Shown: positions 39,642 through 53,443, counted from the stretch's first letter. The stretch: 64,000 nucleotides of DNA from Octopus bimaculoides (GCF_001194135.2 NC_068982.1:129234105-129298104); one strand, 5' to 3'. Notes: generated from the sequence alone by a model not told the origin. Translations and numbers: made by a program.

Positions 39642-40957
39642 GTAAGTTAAAACTCTTTCATTTTGTGTAATTTTAATATTTTATCTGCTTACAGCTGAGT
39701 TGAAGGATGTCCATGACCAACGCACTTAGTTCTCTACCACTAGCTCTGGGTAGGCATCATAAGCTTGTATAGTACATTGATGAATAATTTGTTGGTTTGT
39801 GCTAGTTCTTCATGACCTCACTATTTTCTGGAAGTCATCGCTCTCAGTTTCTTCTGGTATTGACTACGCTCGAATGGTGCTTTTTACATGCCACCAGCAT
39901 GGGAGCCAGTCAGGTGACACTGGCATCAGCCATGACAATGATTTCACTTGACTCAACAGGTCTTCTCAAGCACAGCATATTGCCCAATGATTGAAGGTTA
40001 CTTTTAAACAGGCCAGATATATGACACTGGCAAAAATGTGAAACTTGAAGTGGAATTTTCTTTTTCTTGTACTCCAAATTTCAGCCACTATTTATGGACA
40101 TTAAAAGTTTTAATAGTTTCTTAAAATTACATCCTATTTTTTGCAAGTCTTTCAACTGTAGCAATACTGGGACACCACTTTATAGGGTTTAATTGACCCC
40201 AATGCTTATTCTATCAGTTTCTTTTGCTGAACTGCTAAGTTAGAGGGACAAAAACAAATCAACACTGGTTGTCAAGTGAGCCAGGGGCTGGGATAAACAG
40301 CACGTGTGCACACACACACGCACTGGACTTCTTACAGTTTCCATCTAGCAATCCAACTCACAAAGCTTTGGTTAGCCCAGGAGATACTCATCCAAGATGC
40401 CATGTAATAGGAACCCAAAACCATGTGGTTGTGAAACGAGCTTCTCAACCACACAGCTATGCCTGTGTGAATCAATTTGTGGGTCTATAATTGATTTATT
40501 TAAGAAACTAGAGAGCTGTTTGATATATGTTTGTTTAACATACATAATGAAAGCAATTACAGTAATTATTTCAATCATTTTATTGAGACAAGAACATTCT
40601 TGTTAACAGTTTAGTGGCAGATATTATAAGAAAGCTAATTACTATGAAACTGCTGGCAGTCCATCATAAACTTAGTTAAATTATGAAAAATCATCCAGTT
40701 CATGCCAGTATTAAAAAAAAATGAGCATGTCAAAACATTTAATTTCAATAAAATAGTATTCTACCATCCAAAGATTTTTTTCATGCATATAAATACCATT
40801 AAATAAATTAAAAATATAAATTATTTTAAAATTCTTGTAATGTATGTTGTTTTATCTTACATATATACTGCAAAACCTTTAATTGAATGTACTTTGCTTT
40901 GTTAATGTGGTTTTGAATGAAAATTTTCATGAGATGTCATTTTGATATATCTTTCAG

Positions 40958-41149
40958 ACAGCTTCCATGGATGCATTTTGATGACGATTATAATAAAACA
41001 ATGTGGTTATCTATTGGCTCATACATAAAGTGCTATAAAGTTCTTACAAATGGGCTCTTTCATGAAAACTGTCAACGAATGCTTGGACCATTGCCGAGTG
41101 ATGTGACTCGATTTGTACTTAAAGATTCTGTAATTGTCACTGGATGTAG
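40958..41149 (+). CDS. FBXW4: FBXW4 exon 3
   Basis: tttcAG|..QLPWMHFDDDYNKTMWLSIGSYIKCYKVLTNGLFHENCQRMLGPLPSDVTRFVLKDSVIVTGC..|GTCAGT, phase 2/2. Vertebrate QMPWMQL. Confidence 0.92.
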
Positions 41150-42185
41150 GTCAGTAGTATTTTTTTTATTTGTATGCATACATATATCTGTTATCATTAT
41201 ATGCCTATTAAAAAGGTGGTGAGCTGGCAGAATCATTAGCACACTGGACGAAATGTTTAGTGGTATTTCACCTGTCGCAACGTTGTGAGTTCAAATTCCG
41301 CCAAGGTTGACTTTGCCTTTCATCCTTTCAGGTCGATAAATTAAGTAATTGATTATCTCCCTCCTCCAAATTTCATGCCTTGTGCTTATAGTAGAAAGGA
41401 TTACATGCCTATTAAAACTATCTTTTTAATCAATCACTAAAACTTCATTAATATCCATATCAGAGGTTATAAAGAAACATTAGTAATTTTATTTCAGATC
41501 AGTGTAAATATAAGTTTCATGGAGTATTTCAGTTTAAACACTGATTCTCAGTAAGGAGTTTTTAATAAATATTTGTTCATGAAAATCTTGCTCTGTGTGT
41601 GTGTGTGTGTGTGTGTGTGCATAGACATGGTTGTGTGGGTATGGAATTTGCTCGTCTCAGATTCTATCCCATAACATGCTTGGGAGTGGAATTGGCAGAC
41701 AAAATATACAGAAGCCCATCATAAACATTGTGTGTGTGCATAAATATATATATATATATATACATTTGTGTGTATTATGTATGTTATCATCATCATCATC
41801 ATCATCGTTTAACATCCATTGTCCATGTTGGCATGGGTTGGACAGTTTGACTGAAAACTGGTAAACAAGGGAGCTGCTCCAGGTTCCAATCTGATTTGGC
41901 AAAGTTTCTGCCTCTGTGAGACCCAACGTTTGAATGGTGCTTTTTACGTGCCGCCAGCATGGGTGTGAGTTATGTGACACTGACATAGGCCATAACTACA
42001 ATTTCACTTGGCTTGATGGGTCTTTTCATGCACGGCATATCGCCAAAGGTCTCAATCACTTGTCAGTGCCTCCACGAGGCCCATCATTTGAAGCTCATGC
42101 TTCACCAACTCATCCCATGTTTTCCTGGGTATGCCTCCTCCACAGGTTCCTGCCATTGTTAGAGTTCAGCGCTTCTTCACACAGC

Positions 42186-42222
<37 letters not shown>

Positions 42223-43021
42223 GGAATCTTCTATCAACATTGGTCATATTTTGTTAGATTTCATTTGTAAATTTAAAAATGGTGAATTATTTCGTGGTTA
42301 TAAATACTTTGGAAAACAGTGTAACCAGGTCTTTGACATTGAGTAAATTATTGGTAACTATTGTATTGACCATTGAGTGCTAAAGACTAAAATTTATTTA
42401 ACAGATGTCAGGCCCTCCTCCTATGAGCCTTCCTCTGTAAAAGATGACTGTATGTGTGTGTGTGTGTGTATGTTCAGTCAAGGGCTAGATTTTTTGTTGA
42501 AGATTGACAGTTGTCTGTGCAATCAAGTCTCACTTCTCCACATCACTGATGTTCATCCAGAAGAGAGGCCAGCAACTTATGCTGATACAGTTTAGCATCA
42601 CTGATGTCACAGACATTTCTCTCAGAATGCAAAATGCCTGAACAGATATTACAAAATGTATTTCCCTAACCTTCAGATATAAGATTAAAGTAGAAGCCAA
42701 GTTGTTTTGCTTCATTCTATGAAATAACAAATGATAATTATTTAAAACCATGTTATTTCTTTTTCTTATCTGTCTTTTAACTGCTTTTTGTCTTATATTT
42801 TCCATTAAACTCTGTTCCACTAAAATATTGATTTTTTTTATTAAGTTAATTTTGGACATCAAGTGCATTTTAGAATATCTGTTTTCAGAAATGTTTATTT
42901 TTCCTTTACACTTGGGGCATAAAATTAAAAAGAAAATATTTTTCTTCAAATGTGAATATGATCTTGTAACACTGTGTTTTTTGTAATAGTAATTTTGAAA
43001 TGTTTAACTTTCATCTTTTAG

Positions 43022-43160
43022 AGAAGGGAGCGTGGTGGCTTGGGATAGTAACACACAGGAGAAGCTGTTCCACTGTGCAAATGTCCACAAAGAAGATTCT
43101 CAATGTGTGGATTTTCATGGTGACATCATTGTTTCAGGTTCTCGGGATGCAACTCTCAAG
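43022..43160 (+). CDS. FBXW4: FBXW4 exon 4 (WD40)
   Basis: ttttAG|..EGSVVAWDSNTQEKLFHCANVHKEDSQCVDFHGDIIVSGSRDATLK|GTAAAA, phase 2/0. Confidence 0.93.
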
Positions 43161-44109
43161 GTAAAAATTATCATAATTTCAGATTCTTCTGTAGCTGGTT
43201 TATTCTCAAGCCTAACAAGCTAAAAATGTACCTCTATGTGGAGGGAATTGACTATAGAAAAATATATTACCCAACATTATATGCATACTAGCAGGATACA
43301 GTGCATGAGGTTGAGTGAGGGAAAGATGTTGATATAGAGGCAGGAATTTTGAGAAACTGTCTTTGTAATTTTGTTGTAATAGGAATTATTTATTCTAAAA
43401 CTATTTTTAATGCAAAAATAGTAACCAATAGTTGTTTCAAAATATGTTTTAAGCTACAATTACCTTAATATCATCATTATCATATGCATAATATTATGTA
43501 AAAATGAAGCAAAGATTTGATATTGGTACAAGATAATTTGGGCATTAATTTTCTCAGCTAGTCTGCATTAGATGAGTCTAATAATTCATTTCTGTATCAT
43601 AATCTTGTGTCATCTCATTTGTGAGGTCTTGTATTCTTTGCACTAAACTCCCAATCAAGTACTCATATTGGTTCTTTTCCCCATCTCTGTGGAAGAAAAC
43701 AACTGTGTTTAGACTCGAGAGAGAGTTGGGTTCCACCAAATTTTAGAAATATTCAAAATGTACCATATGTTACAATGATGCCCCTACAACTCCACTGATT
43801 TTACATAATAATAAACAATATTGGTTCCTCTAAATAAAACTGAACTTATTGCTGATTTTATGCATTCTTTGTCAGATGTCATTTCAATACAGCACCACAC
43901 TGCTGTATATATATATACACACCATGGCTAACAAAAGAGCCTTGGCATTGTCACTTCACCTGTTAGAAGTAGCAAATTCAGTATCTGTACTGAATGCCAT
44001 AGAGCAGTTGTCCAAACCTTTTAAAATGAAAGATCCAGCTTGTAGAGCAGGATTTGTAGCAAGGCTGAATAACGGTCAAGTTCTGTAAAACAACAACTGA
44101 TAGTTTGAG

Positions 44110-44538
44110 AGAAATCTATCACAAGCTTTTAATTACTAGAATTACCTGTAAGACCAAAATCTGCAACCACCAAAGGGAATAACTTGGTTGTAATATATCT
44201 CCTGTTAAAAGTTTTAGTATTTCTGGATTTATATAATCTTTATCTTTCACGCTGTATTGATGTTTGCAGTTTGGAGTTAGATTTTTTAAATGTTTAGCAT
44301 AGAACTCACATCATCATCATCATCATTATTGGTGATGAGTTCTATGCTAAACATTTTTAAAATCTAACTCCAAACTGCAAACATCAATACAGTGTAGAAG
44401 ATAAAGATTATATAAATCCAGAGATATCAAAACTTTTAACAGGAGATATATTAGAACCAAGTTATTTATACCCTTTGGTGGTTGCCGATTTTGGTTTTAC
44501 GGGAAATTCTAGTAATTAAAAGCTTGTGATAGATTTCT
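44110..44538. repeat. Fold-back (palindromic) element, ~430 bp, in FBXW4 intron 4
   Basis: 44110-44308 is the imperfect reverse complement of ~44336-44538. The loop contains (CAT)n. Confidence 0.93.
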
Positions 44539-44747
44539 AGAACTTGTGTCAATAATTGATAATTTCATTTATGTCATCCGACTTTTTTTATGGTTTGAAA
44601 GTCTTAAACCTTTAAGAGAGTTCAAATGAAATCAATGTTATTTTAATTTTATAATATAATTATCAGTTTAATAATATACCATTTACCAGCAGTTACATGT
44701 TAATGTCAGCATTAGCAACCATTTATACGTTTTTTTTTATATTCCAG

Positions 44748-44845
44748 ATTTTAAACATGCAAGAGAAAGACACCAAGAGACAAGTTCGAGCAACACTTCA
44801 TTCTGAAGATCGTCTATGGTCTGTGGCAATGAATCCAGATGGAAC
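44748..44845 (+). CDS. FBXW4: FBXW4 exon 5 (WD40)
   Basis: ttccAG|ILNMQEKDTKRQVRATLHSEDRLWSVAMNPDG..|GTAAGC, phase 0/2. Vertebrate TIQTEDRVWSIAISP. Confidence 0.92.
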
Positions 44846-45204
44846 GTAAGCATATGACTCTTTGAACTTTTTTATTTTAGTTATGTATGAGGAGAAAGAG
44901 CATTGGCTATATGTGGAGGCATGATTTGCTTATGTTAGCAGTGAACAGATCATAAAAATTTAAAAAAGAAGATATTGGAGATTTTTATTCTTGATATAAA
45001 AAGTGTACAACTGTAATGGTTACTGGGAAATTGGATATTTAGGTAGAAAGAACGGTAAAATGGGTATATGTAGGAAGAGTTTCTTCAGAATGTGATGGTG
45101 GTAAGGATAAACATTGGATATATAAATGTTTCTACTAAAAGACTTCTATATTTCACTTGTTTTTAGTAACTTACTGATTTCTTTCTAATTGATGATCTAT
45201 CCAG

Positions 45205-45270
45205 GTCTTTTACATCAGGAAATGCTTGCTGTAACAGTAAATTTCCCTTACAAGTTTGGGACTTGTACAA
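45205..45270 (+). CDS. FBXW4: FBXW4 exon 6
   Basis: tccAG|..SFTSGNACCNSKFPLQVWDLY..|GTAAGT, phase 2/2. Vertebrate SFVTGTACCGHFSPLRIWDL. Confidence 0.92.
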
Positions 45271-45369
45271 GTAAGTTTAGTTGATTTTATTTCTTAAAGT
45301 CAAGACTATCAATTGTTTCATTATAATTTCAATATAAAGTTACTACCACCATTTGTCATCTTTTGAAGT

Positions 45370-46560
45370 TATCTAGCTCACTTTATTTCTCTTCAAAGTT
45401 GCCCTCTCCTCTGATTTCAATATACACTACTCTTCTTGGCTCTTGCACTTTTCCAACATTAACGCTGATGCCAAGATAGAAGTTTTTGCTACCCCTAACC
45501 ATCAATATCTACTCTGACTTGTATTTCTAACAGTTGCACTAATACACCAAGTATCTTTAATCTGCATTTCGCTCAAGCTCAATCTTTATCCAGTCATCGC
45601 TATCTGCACTTAATGGATTGCCTGATTACAAGGCAACATACGACACAACACTTCTCAACACTTAACTCTCAGTTGGAACTCTGCCAATTCTATGTTGACT
45701 ACCTCAGGACAGCTTATAGATTTTATGTCCTAACCCCACTGAGACAGCTGAACAACTGAGTGAAGCCATCTCTTAGTTACGTTTATTCACATTTTGAACA
45801 CAATCAAAGCCTGTAAACTCTAAATGATTTACCTGTAGTAGTACAAACCTAGAACATTGCCTACATCACCTGAAGACAGTCAATTGCCACTACTAATGTG
45901 AAGGTTTTTACCTACTTTCTAACATAAGAAAGAAAGCAGGGAATGCTTTGTGCATCACAAAACAGCTTCTAAACTTTGCTAGTAACCAAATTGCAGCAGA
46001 GGGTTACCACCAACTTTGTGGAATCTTCTTAACCACCACATCTCAAATAAGATGGCCTTATTAGCAGCACTCACTAAGTAAGCCTTTACATTTACTACCT
46101 ACTTCTCTTCCAGCTTTACACTGCACACTCTCAACAAAGCTCTGCCAAACATCTGTTTTCCAAAGCACCAGTTTCAACATACAGACACACAATTGCAATG
46201 TCTAAACTCTTCTAATCTCTTCAACCCAATAAGATGGCTGATTCTAGTAGCATCCCTTCAAGCACACTTGAATGGTGGGCTTTGGAGTTGGTCACCTTAT
46301 TACCAAACTCCTTAATTTCTAAAATTTGTTCTTATTCCTTGGGTCATCTCCCAAATGGAGCAATTGTCAGCAATCCCTTCTTTGATCAACTCCAGTCAGG
46401 CAGTCTCTTCAGTAACCATTAGTGCAAGTTATGCTCTCCCATGTCACTCACCAATGATCCCTTCCTTTTGACCATGTTGGCAACCGAACCTCCTCCTAGC
46501 TTTGTTACTAGCCTATGTGAACTTTACCCTTCAAATATTCACTGCAGCAATCTCATTGGT
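45370..46560 (+). mobile_element. Old, heavily decayed LINE (AP-endonuclease to RT start) in FBXW4 intron 6
   Basis: SDFNIHYSSWLL...EVFATPNHQ resembles the GDFN-H--W endonuclease motif. Many stops. Clade not assignable by eye. Confidence 0.45.
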
Positions 46561-46851
46561 TGAGGTGGAGACTGCAAAGGTCACAGGTGAAAAAAAAAAA
46601 AAAAAAGAAAGTCTCAGGGCACCAAAAATATTTTAGTTGCTTAGAATGTGTAAGGTTTTTATTCAATTCCTTTTCTAGTCCATTTTCTTGCCCTATTTCT
46701 ATGTGGTACCCTACAAAAAAGCAAAGTTTGCATCAGCTTACCTTTAATATCTATAATTTATTGATCAGCTCGTATTGCTTTATCATCAAGTTGTGGATAT
46801 TCTGTGTAGATGTTTGAAATAAAATATTTTGTATTTTATGTTTCATTACAG

Positions 46852-46992
46852 AGGCATTCTCGATTGTAGTTTGGGGAGTAATCATCGACATGGAGCTGGT
46901 GTATTGGATATAAAATATGAAACACCTTTTACTCTGCTCTCTTGTGGTTATGATTCTTTTGCTCGTCTCTGGGATCTTCGTACCAACAAATG
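46852..46992 (+). CDS. FBXW4: FBXW4 exon 7 (WD40)
   Basis: ttacAG|..GILDCSLGSNHRHGAGVLDIKYETPFTLLSCGYDSFARLWDLRTNK..|GTGAGG, phase 2/2. Near-identical to vertebrate GAGVLDVMYESPFTLLSCGYD. Confidence 0.96.
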
Positions 46993-48697
46993 GTGAGGAT
47001 ATATATATATAGCTCATTATTGATATTGCTGTTGTTTATAAATGTTAAACAAAGATTTGGAAAAATAATAAGAAAAAAATTGAAATACATTAGTGTGAAG
47101 ATAACATATTATCTTGCTTCAGAACTGAAATATAACAGTAATTAAGACTGGGTTTTCACAACTAAAAAGCTGCCTGAACAAATTTTGAGATGCTACACAA
47201 CTCATGCATTGGACTGTATAAACATAAGGAAAAGTGCACTCAGACCTCACAAAAACATGAATATTTTGTGTAATGATATTGGTACTTTTTCCAATTGTGT
47301 ACTACTGTACTTTCAAGTCAGCTTAAATAATCTCTATCAAATACACTATTTCATATCCTGTAATAGGGAAAGCTGGATATATATATATATATATATATAG
47401 CATCAATATTAATTCATTAATATTAATTTCTACCCGCATTATTTAATTATCATCATCGTTTAACATCCGCCTTCCATGCTAGCATGGGTTGGACGATTTG
47501 ACTGAGGACTGGCGAACCAGAAGGCTGCACCAGGCTCCAATCTGATCTGGCAGAGTTTCTACAGCTGGATGCCCTTCCTAATGCCAACATATACATATAT
47601 ATATATATATAGTGTGTACGTTTGTGTCTTCTTCCTTTGACATTGTGTGAGAATATTTCTGGTCATGGGTAAATATATCCTTACTTGGAAACAGGTTAGG
47701 GTTGGCAACAGGAAGGGCATCTGACTAGAGAATTTGCCTCAAATAAACTCCAACCCATGTAAGCATGGAAAAATAGACATTAAAAAAAATGATGGTGAGT
47801 GTATTTATTTTATTTGTTTATTATGTTAAGGATGTGTGTGTCTCAGATTTTGAACTGGTGCATCATTTCCTTGTATCTTGTAAGAGAGAACAAAATAAGT
47901 TGGCAACAGGACTGCCTATGTCTATTAAATACTGTTTCATAAAGGGAACCATGATAACTCTCATGAACCTCTATGGTTACTACATCTTTAGTAGGGAAAA
48001 TGGCCTTAAAACATTTGTTATATTAAGGATGTACAATAATTTTTTTTGAAGCTTTTCATGTTATTAATTTTAGTTGATTTGAATTGAGTAATTTTAAAAT
48101 AAGACTTCACTGTTTCAGTTTTAAAATTTATTGAGAGATCTCTCTTCATTCTGTTCTTGCCACAATATACTCTACTTTTTATCTTTCTGGAATGTACCTA
48201 ATAAAGTTGCCATAAATTGTTGTTGCAAAATACGACTATGTATTCTATGTATTGAAGCACTTCATCACTCACATCTTCATAAGTATCATTTCAATCAGGA
48301 GTCAGTTCAGTCCCTTGTCCCTCCCCACTTCAAAAAAAAGAAAGAAAAAACAGTGTAGCCTGTGTCAATAGTTAGAAACTGTTTTTATTGCTATAGTTTT
48401 AAGGTAGTGAACTGGCAGAATCTTTAGTACACTGGGAAAAATGCTTAGAGGCATTTCGTCCATTTTTACGTTTTGAGTTCAAGTTCTGCCGAGGTCGACT
48501 TTGCCTTTCATCCTTTCAGGATTGATAAATTAAGTACCAGTGAAACACTATGGTTAATGTAATTGACTAGTCCCCTCCCCAAAATTTCAGGCCTTGTGCC
48601 TATAGTAGAAAGGATTATTATTGTTAGTTATTTAGTGATTTGAACTTGGTTTATCTTACCAGTTTAAAAAAAAAAATTACTTTTAATACATTTTCAG

Positions 48698-48833
48698 TGA
48701 ATTAATGTGGGAAGAACCTTTCAATTCTGCTGTCTATTGTGTGAAAACTCATGGGAACTACACGATGTTGACCGGTACTGCAAGGCATGGTATGACTAGG
48801 CTATGGGACAAACGAGTTACAAAGTCAATACAG
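48698..48833 (+). CDS. FBXW4: FBXW4 exon 8 (WD40)
   Basis: tttcAG|..ELMWEEPFNSAVYCVKTHGNYTMLTGTARHGMTRLWDKRVTKSIQ|GTGTGA, phase 2/0. Confidence 0.95.
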
Positions 48834-50543
48834 GTGTGAGAAATTAGTCATTCATTTTTCTGTATTTCTCTTAGAGTAAAATCTTTAAACTTAGATTCTT
48901 GTGTTTTTGGAATAATTTCTAATATACTTGCAATTGACAATGAAATATGAAATGGTTGTAGTTTCAATTTTGATTGTTGTCCTGATATATTAATTCTTAT
49001 TTGAAATAAATAAAGTTTACAGATACAAAATAACTCTGGTAATAGGTGTAGGCATGGCTACGTAATTAAGAAGCTCACTCTACAGCTGCAAGGTTTCAAG
49101 CTCATTCCCACTGTGTGGCAACATGGGCACACCTATTATATCCCCAGGTCAATTAACACCTTGTAAGTGGACTTGATAAATGGAAACTGTGTAAAAGCCC
49201 ACCATATATATGTGTGTGTCTTTGTGCCCATGTTTGTCCCTACCCTCACTGCTTGACAACCAGTGTTCGTTTGTTTACATCCTCTGTAACTTAATTCATC
49301 CAGCAAAAGAGACTGATAGAATAAGTACCAGATCAAAAAAAAAAATAATAATAAATAGTGGGATCAATCTGTTCAACTGAATTCCTTCAAAGCAATACCC
49401 CAGCATGGCTGCAGTCCAGTGACTGAAACAAAACAAGATGTTTACAAACAGACTATAAATGGAGATAAATGAAAGAGGTTTCAGATTAATGACAAAACAC
49501 AATGGTAATGTATTGTGTGATTAGATCTTATAAATTACAATTTGTTCCAAATATCTGTGGAGATATATTCAGATAAAAGCATGTAACATCTGTCATAACA
49601 CCTGGGGACTTTCATAATCCATACCTGTGATCAATTTTATATTTCAGCATGATGAAATGAATCTAGTTCAATCATCACTGGTTGGTCAGTTTTCTGTTGT
49701 TGGTAATTTAAAAAACTTGTTCATTTTTATAGTAGGACCTTAGAAACTCAATAACTTCATTTTTGTGTGTTCTAGCCATATGCAAACAATCCACATTGGC
49801 TGAAAATTATTACAATATAACTAATTTAGTTGATTGGAAGTTGATGGGCAATAAATAATCTATTTTTCATTAAAACTTGAGTTAAATAATTTCTTTATCA
49901 GTCTTTTTTATCAATTTTATTGTAAATTTTATATAAAATGAATCTTTATTTTGAAGTCAACTATTGAACTATAACTAATGACCCTCCTAATTTTGGCAAA
50001 GGCCAACAATTTTGAGTAGTTGGAGGAAATTGATTATATCCACCCCCAACACTTTGACTCCAAAAATATGAAAGGCAAAGTTGACCTTGGCAGAATTTGA
50101 ACTCGGATCATTAATGAGTCAGAAGAAATATCAAAAGTGTTTTTCTTAACATAACAGTTTTGCCAACTTGCTGCCTTAACTAGACCTAATATTAAAAAAG
50201 AAATAAGACAGCAAGCTGGCAGAATCGTTAACATCTGGGGCAAAATGCATTGTAGCATTTCATCTGTCTTTACATTCTGAGTTCATATTCTGCTATGGCC
50301 AACTTTGCCTTCCATCCTTTCAGAGTCAATGAAATAAGTACCAGTTGAGTACTAGGGATGATCTAATTAACTTAGCTTCACACTTGAAATTGCTGGCCTT
50401 GTGCCAAAATTTGAAACCAATATAAAAACATAATGTTTCGTGTCTTGCAAACTCCTGTAATACCTAATTCAGAACTGTGATATTAATGTGTCTTTTGCTA
50501 CAAAATATATTAAATTGTTGCTTATCTTCCTTTTTTTTTTCAG

Positions 50544-50660
50544 TTTTACTATGCTGGTCAACGAAGTAGTCCGGTGTATTCAATGGCTTTTAACTCTAAA
50601 CATCTTTACCTGGCTTTGGACAAAGGTGTTAGCTTGCTTGACTTCACAGTTTATAAATAA
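50544..50660 (+). CDS. FBXW4: FBXW4 exon 9 (terminal)
   Basis: tttcAG|FYYAGQRSSPVYSMAFNSKHLYLALDKGVSLLDFTVYK*. The joined CDS from 33740 is 1239 nt = 412 aa + stop. Confidence 0.94.
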   Translation, partial: FYYAGQRSSPVYSMAFNSKHLYLALDKGVSLLDFTVYK

Positions 50661-53443
50661 TAACTAGTCAAAAGGCTTTACATTATTACTAATTATGCAT
50701 TGAAGTACAATTTTTTATTCTATCATGAACATTGTTGAATTATATAGATATATAGAGCAGCGCGCTTTCTTTAAACTGAGACTAGTTCAAATTTTGTTTC
50801 ATTTCTCAGCTTTTCTTTGTAAACAAAGAATACACATCTTAATCTTGAAATTTTCAGGTTATACACTATAGCATTTATAAGATTATGTATTATAATTTTG
50901 TATTCTAATCAGTCTTTTTTTATTTATTTATTTTTTTCTTTTTTGTGTGTGTGAATTGAATCAGAACAGAATGAGTTAATTATATAGCTCTACCAAATAT
51001 TGATAGTTTTTTCGTTTTTGATTTTCTGTGGGAATTGAATCAGAATTTGCAAATTATATGGCTCTAGCAAATGTTGATAGTTTCTCCTCTCCCTCTTCCC
51101 CAGTTGAACCCTTTGAACGTGGTGAGACTAATTGTGGTTTGTATTTAACTTTGAATTTCTGTGAATCAGTGTCTGTCTGGAGCATGTGGGCAGGAAGGGA
51201 ATTTTGGAGGATTACATGGAGAAAGGCTTAGGCTAAATGGTTAGTGTGAGATATGTTGACAAAAAAGGGGGGAGGTGCACGTTTCAGGTTTGCTTGAGTG
51301 GAGGAGGTGTAGCATTTAATTTTTCTTGCAATCAAATGCATTCTGCTTGTGACCATTCCTACCTATTTTCCTTTCCATGACATAGTACATCAAGAATTGC
51401 ATATCTGATGTGTCCTTAATTTTTTTTTTTTAAGATGGTAAGGTGTGATTTTAGAGAGATTTGATTGCTATTTCTTGCATGTTGAGTGACCATGCAGAGG
51501 CTCCTTTGTTGTCTCTTTAAATCAAATGATGTTTTTGTCTTCTGGTTGATTCATATTAGCATTTACTTATAAACTGTAATTAATATGAATATTTACGCAT
51601 TTATCTAAAGGTGATATCTTCTTTTATATATTTATCTTATATATTCACTAACATCTATATGAAATATAAGTTTTTGAAGCTAAAGTCTTTCAAACAAGGA
51701 ATACTTTATAATGCATACACCCCTTGGATACTTGTTAAAAATCAGATGGTTTTCTTTTTTCCTTTTCAACTTAGCCTGAATTCTATAAATAACACTATTT
51801 TTTATGTATTGTTCTTTCTATTTGACTTAACTTTTCCATTATGGAAAGAAAAAATTATTATTTCTGTGGCAGGTGTTTTGATGCACTCTTGAGATTTCCA
51901 TAGACCATAATTGTGACTTTGATTCAATTCCCAGTTTGAATTGTTTTTTATACTTCAGAGATGTTTTTTTTTTTTTTTTGTGGAATAGGGCATCACCAAG
52001 ATATCTTAAATCCCCTTCCTTTAGAAACCCTGGTCTGTTGTTATTCTTATTTTAAGAGAGACTACATTACTAACCAGTTAGAAAATGTGATAAATTTTTT
52101 GCAGTATTTAGATAATATATACACTTATTAGTTTTATTATTATTGCTATTGTTCATTTTAACAGTTGTTGTTTGAATAAAATATTCATAATTTTCATGTT
52201 TCTTTTTTCCTTTTTATTCTAAAAATAATTTGTATTTACCATGTTTTTGTGTGTGAGTGTGTGTTTTAAATACGCTTCATGTAAACAAAGTCATGTACAA
52301 CAAAAGGTTAATCTTTTATATTATTTCATATCATTTTGAATACGATATCTCTCTTTGTGTAAGTTGTGTAATCACTTCAGTTGTAGAGATACCAAGGTAA
52401 GACATCACCATCATTTTAATGTCCTCTTTTCCATGCTTGCATGTGTCAGTTAAATTTCACTGTTTTCCCCGTTTCTTTGAGCTTCCTTCATTTCTCCATC
52501 ACAACGATGACATGGTACAACATTGTCTTCATCATCTAAAAGGCCATTTCTTCGTAAAAATGTAACTACCTTCCTCTCGTCGCTGATCACATTGAAAAAA
52601 TCTTTAGTCAACTGCTTATGGATTTTTAGAAATTGAAAAGTAACCTAAAGTAATCTCCCTTTAAATTGTAGACCACACACCAAAGTAGCACCTGTGTATG
52701 TGTGTCTGTATCTTACCTTAGTGTATGTGAAGAGTTTCTATCGACTTAGTTTGTAATGGAGTTATCTCCCTTGCTTAGTTTGTACTTACGGTGTTACCTG
52801 AATACAACTGATAATATCAGGAAACATACTTTTGTCAATATTGGTAACATCAAGTGATATTACGTCTGCAATCAATTGACAATTAAATCGTATTATTGTT
52901 GATAATATCTATATATTGCAAATACACAAATGTGAAATTTATTTCAATCCTATTCTAATTTATCTTTTACTCGTTTCATTCATTTGACTGCAGTCATGCT
53001 GGGGCACTGCCTCGAAAGATTCTAGTCAAACAAATCGATCCGAGTACTTTTTTATCAAGCCTAGTACTTATTCTATTGGTTACTTTTGCCGAATCGCTAA
53101 GCTATGGATACGTAAACACACACCAACACTGGTTGTCAAGCAGTGATGGGGACAAACACACACACACACATACATATATATATATGGGCCGGGCTTCTTT
53201 CAGTTTCTGTCAACCAAATGCACTTACAAGGCTTTGATCAGCCACAGGCTATAGAAGACATTTGCCCAAAGTTCCATGAAGTGAGACTGAACTTGAAACT
53301 ACGTGGTTGGGAAGCAAGCTTCTTACCACACACCCATCACTATAATTTAATATTTTTAATTTGAAAATTAGTTTTTATATGCTATAAAATTTGGAAAAGG
53401 TAAAATCATAATTATTGTACTTCTGTAACATTATTTAATGATA

